Positions 11,501-22,486 are shown, counted from the stretch's first letter. The stretch: 64,000 nucleotides of DNA from an uncultured virus (IMG/VR IMGVR_UViG_3300027892_000017) (IMGVR_UViG_3300027892_000017:62001-126000), one strand, 5' to 3'. Numbers and translations: made by a program. The notes: generated from the sequence alone by a model not told the origin.

Positions 11501-14500
11501 AAATATTTAGATACAACCTTAGTAACACCACAATATGTTATTCAAGGGCATGACGGTAGTATTGTTGTTGCATACAACGACTATAGGGATAACTTAATTT
11601 TAGAAATAGAAAAACGCATTTTTAATAATATTAAAGTTGCATATGACTCAACTATTTTTGATATATTTGATTTTATTCCAGGTTACAATAGAAGAACAGA
11701 TTACAGCTTACAAGAATTTAATAAAGTATTAGCCCCTAGTTTTTATCAGTGGGCAACGCTAGTTGACGGTGATTTTACTAAACCAATAAGCTATACTAAT
11801 AGTAATCCATTTACATACAATTATTCAAAGAACACATCTCCTGATGGGACTGCATTGCCTGGATACTGGAGAGGAATATACAAACATATATTTGACACTG
11901 ACCGAATTCATTTGTGTCCTTGGGAGTCTTTAGGGTTTAACATTGAACCAACTTGGTGGCAAGATGTATATGGACCAGCACCATATACAAGTGATAATTT
12001 AATATTATGGAATGACTTAAAAGATGGTATTACTAGAGAACCTGGTAAGCCGCTAACAAGAAATATTAAGTTTTCAAGACCTACATTGGCAATTATGCCG
12101 CCTGTTGATGAAATGGGCGAATTACTAGACCCAATAGCAGCAAATATTGTTCAAGGTGACATTAAACCTCAAATGTCAGATGCTTTCAAATTTGGAGATT
12201 ACAGTCCAATTGAATCAGCATGGAGAAGAAGTTCGTTCTTCCCATTTAGTTTTGTGCTAGCATCAGTTTTAATGCAACCAAATAATACATTGGGTTTATG
12301 TATAGACAGAAGTAGAATTATTCGAAACAATACTGGCCAGTTAATTTATAAAGACACTGGATTAAGATTAAGATTAACAGATTTAACTTTACCATCAACT
12401 ACATCTGATAGTGAACGTGTGTTAACTGCCGGCTTAGTAAATTATATTGTTGACTATATTCTTAGTGATAATTTAAAATCATTATCACAATATAAGGTTG
12501 ATTTGACAACTATGACAAACTATCTAAGTCATAGATTAGGTGGGTTCACCAGCAAAGAAAAGTTTAAATTAATTTTAGATAGTAAAAGTCCAACGGCAAA
12601 TGCAGGAGTATTTGTTCCTCAAGAAAACTATACAATCTTTTTAAATACTTCCAGTCCAGTTAAAAAGCTAACATACAGCGGTGTAATTGTCACTAAGATT
12701 TTAACATCAACGGGTGAAGGATATGAGGTAAAAGGGTACAATCAAAAGACACCGTTCTTCTATTATTATCCGTGGACACAAACTGGTAATGTTATTAATG
12801 TTGGCGGTATTAGTGAATCTTACATTGAGTGGGTGCCTGGCCAACAATATATTGTTGGAAACGTTGTTCGATACAATAATGCTTATTACAGAGCCACACA
12901 AAATCATACATCTCAAGATAATTTTAGTTCTACTGAATTTCAAAAATTAGCCAAGTTACCTATCATTGGTGGACGAGACGCATCCCTAAGAAAATTGTGG
13001 GATAGAACTCCAACGATTGTTAATTACGGAACTGTGTATGATACAGTTCAAGAAGTAGTTGATTTTTTACAAGGTTATGGTGAATATTTAAAAGATCAAG
13101 GATTTGTTTTTGACGATTATAATACAAATTTAAAATCTGTAGCCTCATGGGAAACTTCTGTTAAAGAATTTATGTTCTGGACAACTCAGAACTGGAGTGC
13201 TGGAGAAGATAAGTTTGTTGACTGGTTACCTAATAGGACTTACAAAGCTGGCGTTATTGTAAAATACAACGGTGATTACTTCTCTTCTAAAATTGATCAT
13301 ACAACTAGTACAATATTTCAAACAGAATTGTACAATAAATTATCCAGTTTATCTCAAGACGGTGCTAGTGTTATTGCACTGAGCCCTTCCGCACTTGGTT
13401 TATCAATGAGATTAACTTATGCTGTGATTGATGATATTAGAGATCAGTTTAATGAATATGAAATCTTAAAAGCAGATGGCGCAAAATTTGATCAAAACTT
13501 TTTAAACCACACTCGAGAAGATAACGAATTTTCTTTTAGCCCACGTATTGATGGAATAGGAATTTATGGTGCGGGCTTTTATCTAGTACAAAAAGAACAT
13601 GTACTAATTATTGATAATACAACACAGTTTAATGATACAATTTACAATTTAGAAGCTGGATATAAACAAGATAGGATTAAAGTTTCTGGTTATCGTACAG
13701 TTGGTTGGTATGGCGGATTTGATATTCCTGGATTTGTATTTGATCAAGCTGATATTACAGAATGGAATTCTTGGACTGATTACAATCTAGGCGATATAGT
13801 AAAATATAAAGAATTTTATTATAGTGCAGAAAACTTCCTTCCAGGAGTTGAAACATTTAATCCTAGCAGCTGGATTAGATTAGAAAACAAACCAACTTCT
13901 GCGCTACTTCCCAACTGGGATTATAAGGCAGAGCAGTTTACTGACTTTTATGATTTAGAATCTGATAATTTTGATGCCGGGCAACAGCGTGTTGCTCAAC
14001 ACTTAGTTGGATATCAAAAAAGACAATACTTAGAAAACATTATTAAAAATGATGTAAGCGAATATAAATTTTATCAAGGTATGATTCCTGAAAAAGGTTC
14101 TGCTAACTCATTGAATAAATTATTTGATGTACTAAGTGCTGAAGGCCAAGAAAGTATTGATTTTAATGAAGAATGGGCTGTACGTGTTGGACAATACGGC
14201 GGTTCAGAAGCATTTGACGAAATTGAAATTTCTTTAGATGAGTCACTATTTAAAACTAATCCACAAGCATTTGAATTAACAAACAGCATTGATCCTTCTG
14301 TAGTGGATTTTGTAATTCGTCAGACGCCAAATGATTTATATTTAAAACCGTCTGGATATAACAACAACCCTTGGCCGTCAATAACAAATTATAAGCCGTA
14401 TCTAAGAACTCCTGGCCACGTTAGATATGATCAAGTTGCACTTAACGTTGACTCGTTGACTGACATTGTATCTGAGGATATCAATGTATTAAAAGAAGGT

Positions 14501-17500
14501 GATTATGTTTGGACAGCATTTGAAGGCACCAGTTGGAACGTTTATAGATTTACTAAAGCTGACTTTGTTATAAGAACTGTTGAATACGCTAATTCTGTTA
14601 TTACTTTAGAATGTGAATCTATCCCATCAGTAAATGCGGGTGACGTAATTGGCATCGCCAACGCTGGGGTGCTTTCTGGATTTCATATAGTTAGTAGTGT
14701 TAATTTAGATTTGATTACTATAGATAAAACTATATCAGGTTGGCAAGATCCGTTTGCTGATAGTTCTCAAATTTTAATCTATAAATTTAACAGTCACCGT
14801 ATAGGCAGCATCAATGAGGCAGTACAGTTACCGTTGCAATTAAAAGCAAACGAATTGTTGTGGTCTGGTATAGACGGTGGCGGACAAAATACTGTATGGC
14901 AAAATAATCCAGTATTTTCAAGAAAAACATTGACAGCCTCTACGCAAACTATAAATGAAGAGTTTGGAAGAACGGTAGCAGTAGATGCTACTGCAACGGT
15001 GTTAGCAACTTCAACTAATGCAGATAATGTTGCCTTGTACGTTAAATCAAATAGTACTACAGGCTGGACAAAAAAACAAACAATTGAAATGCCACCAGCT
15101 TATGCTCCGCTACTAGGGTTTGGAAAAGAGTTAGCATTTTCACCTGACGGAGTTTGGCTTGCAATTGGAGCCCCAGACGCAACTAGTGGACAAGGTCGTG
15201 TGCTAATGTATCAAGTTGATACTAACGGCGAGTATCAATTTGTTACCAACTTAGCAAGTGGAAATACTACAAATCAGCTGTTTGGATCTAAAATTAAACT
15301 AGCAAAATTAAGTGTTGGTTATAGAATGGCTGTAGTTAAGACTTTCCCTGGACTTGATCAAAATCGTGTTATGATTTTTAGCAACATGGGTTCTTGGGTT
15401 AGCGAAGGAGAAGTTGAAACAACAACCACCAATGGTGATAACTTTGGTTATGATATAGACATGACTGCAGACGGTTCAACTCTCGTTATAACAGCTCCAA
15501 CTACAAACTTTGGAGCTGGATCAATCTTCATTTACAATTATACAACTTCGCTATATGAACTAGATCAAACAATAACAGCAAGTCAATTTACCATTGATCC
15601 AGAGCGATTTGGAGAAAGCGTATCAATAACTCCTGATGGAAGTGTGATGGCAGTGGGGTCTATCCTTTCAGATGATACCAAAGCTGATCAAGGAGTTGTG
15701 AGAATTTTTGATCTTGACTCGTTGGGATATGCTGCACGACAAACAATTACAAATAGAAATCCAGAAACATCTGAAAAGTTTGGAGCAAAAGTAAAACTTA
15801 TCAACGGCGGAAAAACATTAGCAGTTTTTAGCGCAATGGGCGATAGTAAAACTGTTTACTCAATTGATAACGGGTCAACAATATTTGATAACGGGTCAAC
15901 ACAAATCGTAGACTTTAATAAAGATGCTGGCCGTATTGACATTTACGATGAATATGATGTTGCTTTTATCTATGGCGAATCTCTATTAGTTGACAATGCA
16001 ATGAATGACAAATACGGTTATTCACTTGCTGCTGGAGATAATACTATAGTTGTATCAGCTCCAAAAACAGATAGTCAAGTTTCAAATGCTGGTGTTGTTT
16101 ATACATATTCCAAAGTTCGTTCAGCATTTAGCTGGACCATTTTACAATCAGAAAAAAATAAAGTTGATGTAACAAAAATTAAAAAATTATTTTTATACAA
16201 CAAGAAAACTAGCAATCTTGTAACATATTTGGATATTATTGATCCAATGCAAGGTAAAATTGCTGGAATTGCCGAGCAAGAAATCAAATACAAAACATAT
16301 TATGATCCAGCAACATATTCTGTTGGAACAGATGCAGTAAACGTTGATGACGGAATGGCTTGGTTAGGACAACAAGTTGGAACTCTATGGTGGAACTTGG
16401 ATAGAGCTAAATTTTTAGATAGCTATACTGGTAACGTTGTCTATAGAAATTCTACTTGGAATACACTGTATGAAACTGGTAGCATTGACGTTTACGAGTG
16501 GGTTGAAACAAAATATACTCCAGCTGAGTGGGATAAACTGGCTGATACTGAAGTAGGTTTAACATCTGGTATAAGCGGAACAAGTTTGTATGGAAACACC
16601 ACATATAGTGTTAAAAAACGTTATGACAACGTTGCAAAAACTTTTAAAAATACTTATTATTTCTGGGTTAAAAATAAAACAACAGTACCTAATGCTCCTG
16701 ATAGACTAATATCTGCCTTCAACGTTGCAACATTAATAGCAGATCCAAAGAGTCAAGGCTATAAATTTGTTGAATTTACTGGAACAGATAGTTTTAGCCT
16801 AGTAAACGTTCAAAATTTATTGGTTAGTTCTGATATCGTATTAGCTGCGCAGTACTGGCTAGTAGACCAAGATGATTTGAATATTCACACTGATTGGAAA
16901 ATTATCAGTGAACATCCTAACACATCAATACCTACTGCAATTGAAACTAAATGGATTGACAGTTTAGTAGGTAACGATCTCAATAATAGGCAAGTTCCAG
17001 ATATCAACTTGCCCCCTAAGTTAAAATACGGGGTGCAATTTAGACCAAGACAAAGCATGTTTATCAATAGAATTGAAGCACTAAAGCAATATATTGAGCG
17101 TTTAAATTCTGCACTAATATCTGAACTAATAGTTGATTCAACAGATTTAACAGACTTTAAAAAGTACGATGCTTATCCAGACTATGTAACACAAGCTGAT
17201 GGAACACGCATTCTTCCTAGCGGTCTTTATGATTCTGTTGTTGATACTGATGCAGAACTGCGATTAATTAATACTGGGGCTTTCACTATGCCTTCTTTAC
17301 TACCAGTAATTGAAGATGGCAGAATTACAGATGTTATTATTACAAAAGCTGGCTCAGGATATATTAATGCACCTTATATAACAGTTAATGGCCTTGGCAA
17401 AGATGCTAAACTTAAAACAGTTTTAGACGCTAACGGCGGAATTGCCAGCGTAATAATAAACAATGCTGGCCAAGGGTACACTAATAGCACTACCTTATCA

Positions 17501-20500
17501 ATTAGATCGCTAGCAGTATTGGTCATTAGCGATGAACAGGCCTTAGGAAGGTGGTCTATATACGCATTTAATATTGGTACATCTAGTTGGATTCGAACTA
17601 AATCTCAAAGCTACAATGTTTTAGCATTTTGGAATTATGTTGACTGGTATGCACCTGGTTATAATTTATTCACAAAAATTGATTACTCAGTTGATGGAAC
17701 AAATCAGTTATACACACTATTGGCAGATATTGGACAAACAGTTAAAGTTAAAACTGTTGGCTCAGCCGGCTGGATGTTACTAGAAAAGTTTGCTGATGTG
17801 TCTTCTGTAGACTATACACAGAGTTACAAAGTAATTGGCAGACAAAATGGAACAATTCAAATATCCAATAAGTTCTATCAATTTGTAGCAACCAATTTAG
17901 GATTTGATGGGCCATTATACGATACTGATGTTTTTGATAATTCAGGTTCAGTTGAACTTAGAATTATTTTAACAGCTATTAAAGACAAGGTTCTTATTGA
18001 TGAATTGAGGACTGTGTACTTAAAACTTTTCTTTGCAAGTCTTAGATATGCATTAAGTGAACAATCATATGTTGATTGGGCATTTAAAACTAGTTTTGTT
18101 AAAGCAATGCACAACGTAGGAAATTTAAAACAGAAAGTTACATACAACAACGACAACTTAGCTGATTTTGAAAGCTATATTGCTGAAGTAAAACCATACA
18201 GAACTAAAATTAGAGAATATGTAAGTTCTTATACTAGTATTGATAATACCCAGTCTGTTGTCACTGATTTTGATCTACCACCAGTTACCATTGGTAATCA
18301 ATCTGTTCCAGTAGTAGTATCAGTTGGTGACACAAACGAAATTGTTATTAACAACGATGAATTGTTGTCTTATCCTTGGAAACATTGGCTTGATAATGCT
18401 GGATTTTATGTGTCAGAAATTGTGTTAGTTGACGGTGGTTCTGGATATATTACAAATCCAGAAGTTATTATAACTGGAGCAAATACAACCCAAGCAACGG
18501 CTAAAGCATACATTTCAAACGGCAAAGTTACTAAAATTCAAATAGTAACTAGTGGTGAAGGATACTTTTCTGCCCCGACAGTTGAATTGAACGGCGGATT
18601 ATCTACTATTGGTGTTCCAGCTCGTGCGGTTGCATTTATTAAAAATGATCTAGTTCGAAGCTCTTTAATTAAAATTAAATTTGATAGAATTACTAGCAAG
18701 TATTACATTACATCGTTAGCTGTGACTGAAGAATTTATTGGAACTGGATCTCGATTACAATTCCCATTGAAATGGAGTCCAGATTTAAAAACTGGCAAGA
18801 CGACTGTTGTTATTAAAACAAGCTCAACAGATACTAACGGCCAAGAAGCACTGCGAGATACATTCTCGGTGACTAGTAAAAAAACTACTACTAGAGGACA
18901 TACAAGTTATTCTGGGGTGTTAACATTTAACTCTGCTCCAGCAAATGGTGAAGTAATTGTAATTAATTACGTTAAGGATTTTAATTATCTATCCGCAGCA
19001 GATAGAATTCAATACTACTACGATCCAATCAGTGGACAATTGGGTAAAGATTTATCACAGTTAATGACTGGTGTTGATTACGGCGGAGTTAACATTGTTG
19101 GATTGAATTTTAAATCTAGCTCAGGCTGGGACGATTTGCCTTGGTTTGCAGATGTGTGGGACGGATACGATCCTGTTTTTGATGATTTTATTGTAACTGT
19201 TGGAGATAGCACTTACACTTACACGTTACCTTACATTCCAGCAGTAGGACAAGAAATTAATATATACGTCAACGGTACTAGAATTGATGATCCGTATTTT
19301 GATATATATGACGGATCAACTGTACAACCTAATGGGCGATTAATTGCTCCAGCTGGCGCAGTGATGAATACATTTGTGGGTGACGGTGTAACTGATACTA
19401 TTACATTGCCCAATTTAGGATCTACACCAAGTTTGGATATTAATGATGGTGATAAAGTTATCTTCCGAAAGAGTACAAGTGACGGAGCAATTACTCCTTC
19501 TTCACTTGACTATGACACTACCTTAATTGGAGGAAACCTAGCATATTCTACAGCTACTGGTTTAGCCGCAGAAGATATATTAGTTGATGGCGACGGTTTT
19601 GTAACAACCACCTCAAGTCCAGCCCCTGAAGAAGTGGTGCCAGGTCAAATTACTGACGCAGTTGCAGTTAAGGTATTTCATAGATCGGCCAGCGGTTCAG
19701 CTAGATTAGCAACTAAAAATTATGTTAGCGACAACGTGATAGATACTTTTGATATAGGACAGTACCCAAATACTCAATATGCTGTTACTGTAACAGTGGA
19801 TGGAACTTTCTTAGCACTTGGAACTGACTTTACAATCAACTATGACACACAGTCTGTAACACTATCAACAATCCCACCTCAAGGAGAAATTGTTTCAGTA
19901 TCAAGTTTTGGATTTAACGGTCAAGACATCTTAGATTTAGATTACTTTGTAGGCAACGGTACAGATATTGAATTTATAACTAGATCACCATGGGTTGAAG
20001 GAGCATCTTCTTTAGTAATTGTTTCTGGACTCAACCAAAGTTATATCTTGTTTAGAACAGATTCAACATATGAAGCAACAGATAGAATTGGCATTAAATT
20101 TGGCGCCGCGCCAGCTGTTGGGGCAATTATTAATTATTTAATTTCTAGTTCTTCAGATAGCTCTTATAGTTTAGCAACAAGCGAAACTTTAATAGGAGAC
20201 GGATCTACTAATAACTTTACGTTAGCCAACTCTGTTGGTCAAGCGTTACCATTAGAATCTAATGTTATAGTTAAATCTGGACAACGTATTCTTACTGGTC
20301 CTAATTGTACATACTATACATTATCAAACAATCAATTAACATATTCAATTCCAGCACATAAATTTCAAGCTGAAGTGTTTAATATTGATGATTTTGACAT
20401 ATATGTTGCTGGCGTAAAAATGAGATTGATGTTAGATTATACTGTTGATTTATTAGCTGGTGCCATTGTATTGAAAGCTGGAGTATACATTAATAATGCG

Positions 20501-21826
20501 ACTTTGGTAATAAGCATTTTAACAACTGCTGAATATTTTATAACATCAGAAACTAACATTACGTTTGTAACGACTCCGTTGTTAGGAGAAGAAATTGAAA
20601 TTATTTCTTACTACAATCACAACATATTAGACATTCAGCGATCTGAAGTTGAAATAAATCCTACAATATCTTTAACGCAAGATTCAGTTGAATATTTTAC
20701 GTACAATAAAATTATTGGTGGAATTCTCGATTTAGGCAGAGATGTATTGAGTGATGATTATGTGTGGGTCATTAAAAACGGAACATTGTTAACTCATAGT
20801 GTTGATTATCGATTAACGCCAAATAAGAACGCAGTTAAATTGACTTCTAATACTTCTGAAAATGACGTGTATTCAATTATTACATTTACAAAGAACGTTG
20901 TTAGACAAACAATTGGATATATGCAGTTTAAGGATATGTTGAATAGAGATCACTATAAGAGATTATCTGCTAATAAGAAAACATTATTAGCTCTAGATCT
21001 AAACTTTTATGACTCAACTATTACTGTAGTTGACAGCTCAGTCCTTAATGTGGGAAATAAACAACGCAATTTACCAGGAATCATTTATGTTGGCGGAGAA
21101 AGAATTGAATTCTTTACCATTAATGAAAATGTACTTGGACAGTTGCGTAGAGGGACACTAGGAACAGGAACTCCAACAAAACACGTTGCGGGAGCATTGG
21201 TTATTGACATTGGAATAAGTGAAACGATTCCTTACAACGATGACTATATTATTGATACATATATTCATGACGGTACAACTAATACAATTCCCTTGCAGTA
21301 TATTCCTAAACGTTATCCAATTAGAAATCCAGTAACTCATGCTGTAGTAAGCACTGTACCAGCTGATATTGAAGTATTTGTTGGCGGTTATAACATAGTG
21401 CCTTGGACAGAACTAACTGACTATTCAGTTGGTGAAATTGTATTATACGGAAGCTCTACATTTAGATGCGTAATAGCACATAAGAGTTCCAGCAGTTTTA
21501 CAGACGATCGAACAAATTGGGAATTTTTTGTAGGCAATCAAAGACTTAAGAAGCATCCTTATTCAATGTACAATGTAGAAAATCATTGGGAAAGTACGGA
21601 AGGTGATGTATCATTTGCTGCTGATTTTTCAGTAGACGAAACAACCGCAGGTGTTACACTGTTGAATGATTTAACCATTGGAACAAAGGTGATTATTATT
21701 AAGAAAATTGGCAAAGTTTGGTATGATCCAGGCACTGCTTTGGTTGATTCAAACAATAAAGTTGCCAACTTTATCAAAGCAACCGAAGGCATCCCGCTAG
21801 CAGCCAAGAATCCTAGCACAACTTAA
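8513..21826 (+). CDS. Giant modular virion/baseplate protein (gp7-like position), 4437 aa
   Basis: Uninterrupted 13.3 kb ORF after gp6. It has an N-terminal LLPRFY motif, CBM5/12-like repeats, FG-GAP-like propeller repeats and GSGY repeats. Confidence 0.75.
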   Translation: MAEQQNEYGLPIGKGEKRRTAKLLPRFYRTESNKKFIQATIDQLTQSGTVKKLNGFIGRQNAKAVTTNDVFIEEPTLDRQHYQLEPAAVVKDTLGNITFFKDYIDYVNTVDVLGGITKNHQKLNKQEFYSWNPHINWDKFVNFQQYYWMPYGPAVIKVLGQQQQVTSTYTVQLSDEGDNRAYLFTPDALTRNPTLTLYRGQTYKFEITAPGEPFSIKTQRQAGELYRYTDGVDLSEVESGTITFTVPVDAPNVLYYVSENSPDTGGVWEIYDIDENTVIDVASEIIGKKTYTLSTGVELSNGMKLTFGGNVSPALYTTGSFYVEGVGEQIKLVPESKLEIVSAYSAASQVLFDDAGFDSMPFSDATSFAGQKDYITINRSNSDGNPWSRYNRWFHQDVISKSAEAAGIPIELDQTRRATRPIIEFESNLKLFNFGYASKNDVDLIDTFTTDVFSTIEGSLGYNVDNVPLAQGQRILFTADSDSLVNNKIFKVTFITVTPVGGAGPVRQIHLVDESDTDALYGESVVIRSGRLNQGKMYWFNGSTWKLSQQKTTVNQKPLFDLFDSDGVSISNNTTYPGSTFSGNTIFSYKEGSGVTDAVLGIPLSYRNISNIGDIVFTFDLLQNTFSYKDGVDVVTKNTDSAFLKIITGLDAGEYVNGWITNQLENTQPIVRIFKNSGLTNNFPIDVYDDIGNLSDLEVRVYVNGKRIDKSFWSIVDAVRYKKVVINSNLINITSDDVITLRCFSSQDKNANGHYELPINFQNNPLNNNVNTFTLGEVIDHVDSIVDNLPTFNGTYPGNNNLRDQGFLSTFGTKFVQHSGPVNFGLYHLTSKNSNIVKALNQTRDDYGRFKRNFISVATSISDDLPTKEIVDKIILEINKDKPKTFPYYFSDMAGTGAATKNDYKVVDFRIKTYPLSSAFSLNTLSNKAVNIYVNGVQLIYSKDYSFDDTGFVIISDTYNLVDNDIITIYEYESTDGCFIPPTPTSFGIWPKFEPKKYLDTTLVTPQYVIQGHDGSIVVAYNDYRDNLILEIEKRIFNNIKVAYDSTIFDIFDFIPGYNRRTDYSLQEFNKVLAPSFYQWATLVDGDFTKPISYTNSNPFTYNYSKNTSPDGTALPGYWRGIYKHIFDTDRIHLCPWESLGFNIEPTWWQDVYGPAPYTSDNLILWNDLKDGITREPGKPLTRNIKFSRPTLAIMPPVDEMGELLDPIAANIVQGDIKPQMSDAFKFGDYSPIESAWRRSSFFPFSFVLASVLMQPNNTLGLCIDRSRIIRNNTGQLIYKDTGLRLRLTDLTLPSTTSDSERVLTAGLVNYIVDYILSDNLKSLSQYKVDLTTMTNYLSHRLGGFTSKEKFKLILDSKSPTANAGVFVPQENYTIFLNTSSPVKKLTYSGVIVTKILTSTGEGYEVKGYNQKTPFFYYYPWTQTGNVINVGGISESYIEWVPGQQYIVGNVVRYNNAYYRATQNHTSQDNFSSTEFQKLAKLPIIGGRDASLRKLWDRTPTIVNYGTVYDTVQEVVDFLQGYGEYLKDQGFVFDDYNTNLKSVASWETSVKEFMFWTTQNWSAGEDKFVDWLPNRTYKAGVIVKYNGDYFSSKIDHTTSTIFQTELYNKLSSLSQDGASVIALSPSALGLSMRLTYAVIDDIRDQFNEYEILKADGAKFDQNFLNHTREDNEFSFSPRIDGIGIYGAGFYLVQKEHVLIIDNTTQFNDTIYNLEAGYKQDRIKVSGYRTVGWYGGFDIPGFVFDQADITEWNSWTDYNLGDIVKYKEFYYSAENFLPGVETFNPSSWIRLENKPTSALLPNWDYKAEQFTDFYDLESDNFDAGQQRVAQHLVGYQKRQYLENIIKNDVSEYKFYQGMIPEKGSANSLNKLFDVLSAEGQESIDFNEEWAVRVGQYGGSEAFDEIEISLDESLFKTNPQAFELTNSIDPSVVDFVIRQTPNDLYLKPSGYNNNPWPSITNYKPYLRTPGHVRYDQVALNVDSLTDIVSEDINVLKEGDYVWTAFEGTSWNVYRFTKADFVIRTVEYANSVITLECESIPSVNAGDVIGIANAGVLSGFHIVSSVNLDLITIDKTISGWQDPFADSSQILIYKFNSHRIGSINEAVQLPLQLKANELLWSGIDGGGQNTVWQNNPVFSRKTLTASTQTINEEFGRTVAVDATATVLATSTNADNVALYVKSNSTTGWTKKQTIEMPPAYAPLLGFGKELAFSPDGVWLAIGAPDATSGQGRVLMYQVDTNGEYQFVTNLASGNTTNQLFGSKIKLAKLSVGYRMAVVKTFPGLDQNRVMIFSNMGSWVSEGEVETTTTNGDNFGYDIDMTADGSTLVITAPTTNFGAGSIFIYNYTTSLYELDQTITASQFTIDPERFGESVSITPDGSVMAVGSILSDDTKADQGVVRIFDLDSLGYAARQTITNRNPETSEKFGAKVKLINGGKTLAVFSAMGDSKTVYSIDNGSTIFDNGSTQIVDFNKDAGRIDIYDEYDVAFIYGESLLVDNAMNDKYGYSLAAGDNTIVVSAPKTDSQVSNAGVVYTYSKVRSAFSWTILQSEKNKVDVTKIKKLFLYNKKTSNLVTYLDIIDPMQGKIAGIAEQEIKYKTYYDPATYSVGTDAVNVDDGMAWLGQQVGTLWWNLDRAKFLDSYTGNVVYRNSTWNTLYETGSIDVYEWVETKYTPAEWDKLADTEVGLTSGISGTSLYGNTTYSVKKRYDNVAKTFKNTYYFWVKNKTTVPNAPDRLISAFNVATLIADPKSQGYKFVEFTGTDSFSLVNVQNLLVSSDIVLAAQYWLVDQDDLNIHTDWKIISEHPNTSIPTAIETKWIDSLVGNDLNNRQVPDINLPPKLKYGVQFRPRQSMFINRIEALKQYIERLNSALISELIVDSTDLTDFKKYDAYPDYVTQADGTRILPSGLYDSVVDTDAELRLINTGAFTMPSLLPVIEDGRITDVIITKAGSGYINAPYITVNGLGKDAKLKTVLDANGGIASVIINNAGQGYTNSTTLSIRSLAVLVISDEQALGRWSIYAFNIGTSSWIRTKSQSYNVLAFWNYVDWYAPGYNLFTKIDYSVDGTNQLYTLLADIGQTVKVKTVGSAGWMLLEKFADVSSVDYTQSYKVIGRQNGTIQISNKFYQFVATNLGFDGPLYDTDVFDNSGSVELRIILTAIKDKVLIDELRTVYLKLFFASLRYALSEQSYVDWAFKTSFVKAMHNVGNLKQKVTYNNDNLADFESYIAEVKPYRTKIREYVSSYTSIDNTQSVVTDFDLPPVTIGNQSVPVVVSVGDTNEIVINNDELLSYPWKHWLDNAGFYVSEIVLVDGGSGYITNPEVIITGANTTQATAKAYISNGKVTKIQIVTSGEGYFSAPTVELNGGLSTIGVPARAVAFIKNDLVRSSLIKIKFDRITSKYYITSLAVTEEFIGTGSRLQFPLKWSPDLKTGKTTVVIKTSSTDTNGQEALRDTFSVTSKKTTTRGHTSYSGVLTFNSAPANGEVIVINYVKDFNYLSAADRIQYYYDPISGQLGKDLSQLMTGVDYGGVNIVGLNFKSSSGWDDLPWFADVWDGYDPVFDDFIVTVGDSTYTYTLPYIPAVGQEINIYVNGTRIDDPYFDIYDGSTVQPNGRLIAPAGAVMNTFVGDGVTDTITLPNLGSTPSLDINDGDKVIFRKSTSDGAITPSSLDYDTTLIGGNLAYSTATGLAAEDILVDGDGFVTTTSSPAPEEVVPGQITDAVAVKVFHRSASGSARLATKNYVSDNVIDTFDIGQYPNTQYAVTVTVDGTFLALGTDFTINYDTQSVTLSTIPPQGEIVSVSSFGFNGQDILDLDYFVGNGTDIEFITRSPWVEGASSLVIVSGLNQSYILFRTDSTYEATDRIGIKFGAAPAVGAIINYLISSSSDSSYSLATSETLIGDGSTNNFTLANSVGQALPLESNVIVKSGQRILTGPNCTYYTLSNNQLTYSIPAHKFQAEVFNIDDFDIYVAGVKMRLMLDYTVDLLAGAIVLKAGVYINNATLVISILTTAEYFITSETNITFVTTPLLGEEIEIISYYNHNILDIQRSEVEINPTISLTQDSVEYFTYNKIIGGILDLGRDVLSDDYVWVIKNGTLLTHSVDYRLTPNKNAVKLTSNTSENDVYSIITFTKNVVRQTIGYMQFKDMLNRDHYKRLSANKKTLLALDLNFYDSTITVVDSSVLNVGNKQRNLPGIIYVGGERIEFFTINENVLGQLRRGTLGTGTPTKHVAGALVIDIGISETIPYNDDYIIDTYIHDGTTNTIPLQYIPKRYPIRNPVTHAVVSTVPADIEVFVGGYNIVPWTELTDYSVGEIVLYGSSTFRCVIAHKSSSSFTDDRTNWEFFVGNQRLKKHPYSMYNVENHWESTEGDVSFAADFSVDETTAGVTLLNDLTIGTKVIIIKKIGKVWYDPGTALVDSNNKVANFIKATEGIPLAAKNPSTT
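15864..15901 (+). repeat. In-frame direct repeat TTGATAACGGGTCAACA x2 (21-nt period)
   Basis: Identical 17-mers at 15864-15880 and 15885-15901, encoding IDNGSTI/FDNGSTQ. Confidence 0.85.
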
Positions 21827-21848
21827 AGTAGCAGTTATTAATACTGAA

Positions 21849-21854
21849 TAAATA
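21849..21854 (+). promoter_or_regulatory. Putative late promoter (aaTAAATA)
   Basis: Intergenic, about 20 nt upstream of the 21874 ATG. Confidence 0.6.
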
Positions 21855-21873
21855 TACTGATTGAGAGAAAAAT

Positions 21874-22485
21874 ATGCAAAGTAAAGACTTAACAGGAATA
21901 CACGTAGAAGGTCATATCAAGATCTGGAATCCAGAATCTAATGAAATTTTCGTGAATAAACGTAATGCAATCCATTATGAAAATATCAGCGTGGCATTGG
22001 CGCAGAGTATAGCTAACTCAGGGCAAGGCTTCATATATGAAATGGCGTTTGGTAACGGCGGAACCGCTGTCGACCCAACAGGCATTATTACATATTTGAC
22101 CCCAAACAGTACTGGTACTAATGCCAGTTTATATAATCAAACATACAGTAAAGTAGTTGATGACCGCAGTGTATCAAACGTTGATCCAGTTAGGAACTAC
22201 ATTGAAACTCGACACGTGACTGGCACTAATTATACTGATGTGTTTATTACTTGTTTATTAGATTACGGCGAAAACATCAGCGGTCAGTTGGCATTTGACA
22301 ACACTACTGATGCAGAAAGCCCAGCAGTGTTTGACGAATTGGGTCTAAAAAGTTATAGCTCAACTGGATCAAGTTTGTTACTAACACATGTGATTTTTCA
22401 TCCAGTACAAAAATCATTGAATAGATTAATTCAAATTGATTACACAGTTAGAATACAAAGTTTAACTGGCATAGCCGGAGCATAA
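21874..22485 (+). CDS. Virion structural protein (baseplate/fibre attachment)
   Basis: MAFGNGG...FDELGL...LLTHVIFHPVQKS...IDYTVRI resembles fibre-attachment/baseplate domains; structural context. Confidence 0.55.
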   Translation: MQSKDLTGIHVEGHIKIWNPESNEIFVNKRNAIHYENISVALAQSIANSGQGFIYEMAFGNGGTAVDPTGIITYLTPNSTGTNASLYNQTYSKVVDDRSVSNVDPVRNYIETRHVTGTNYTDVFITCLLDYGENISGQLAFDNTTDAESPAVFDELGLKSYSSTGSSLLLTHVIFHPVQKSLNRLIQIDYTVRIQSLTGIAGA

Positions 22486-22486
22486 G

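Noticed and set aside
15864..15901. 17-nt direct repeat as a possible CRISPR, att or DGR element
   Set aside because: Only two copies, in frame, with a 21-nt period encoding a 7-aa duplication. No spacers, integrase or reverse transcriptase are present.
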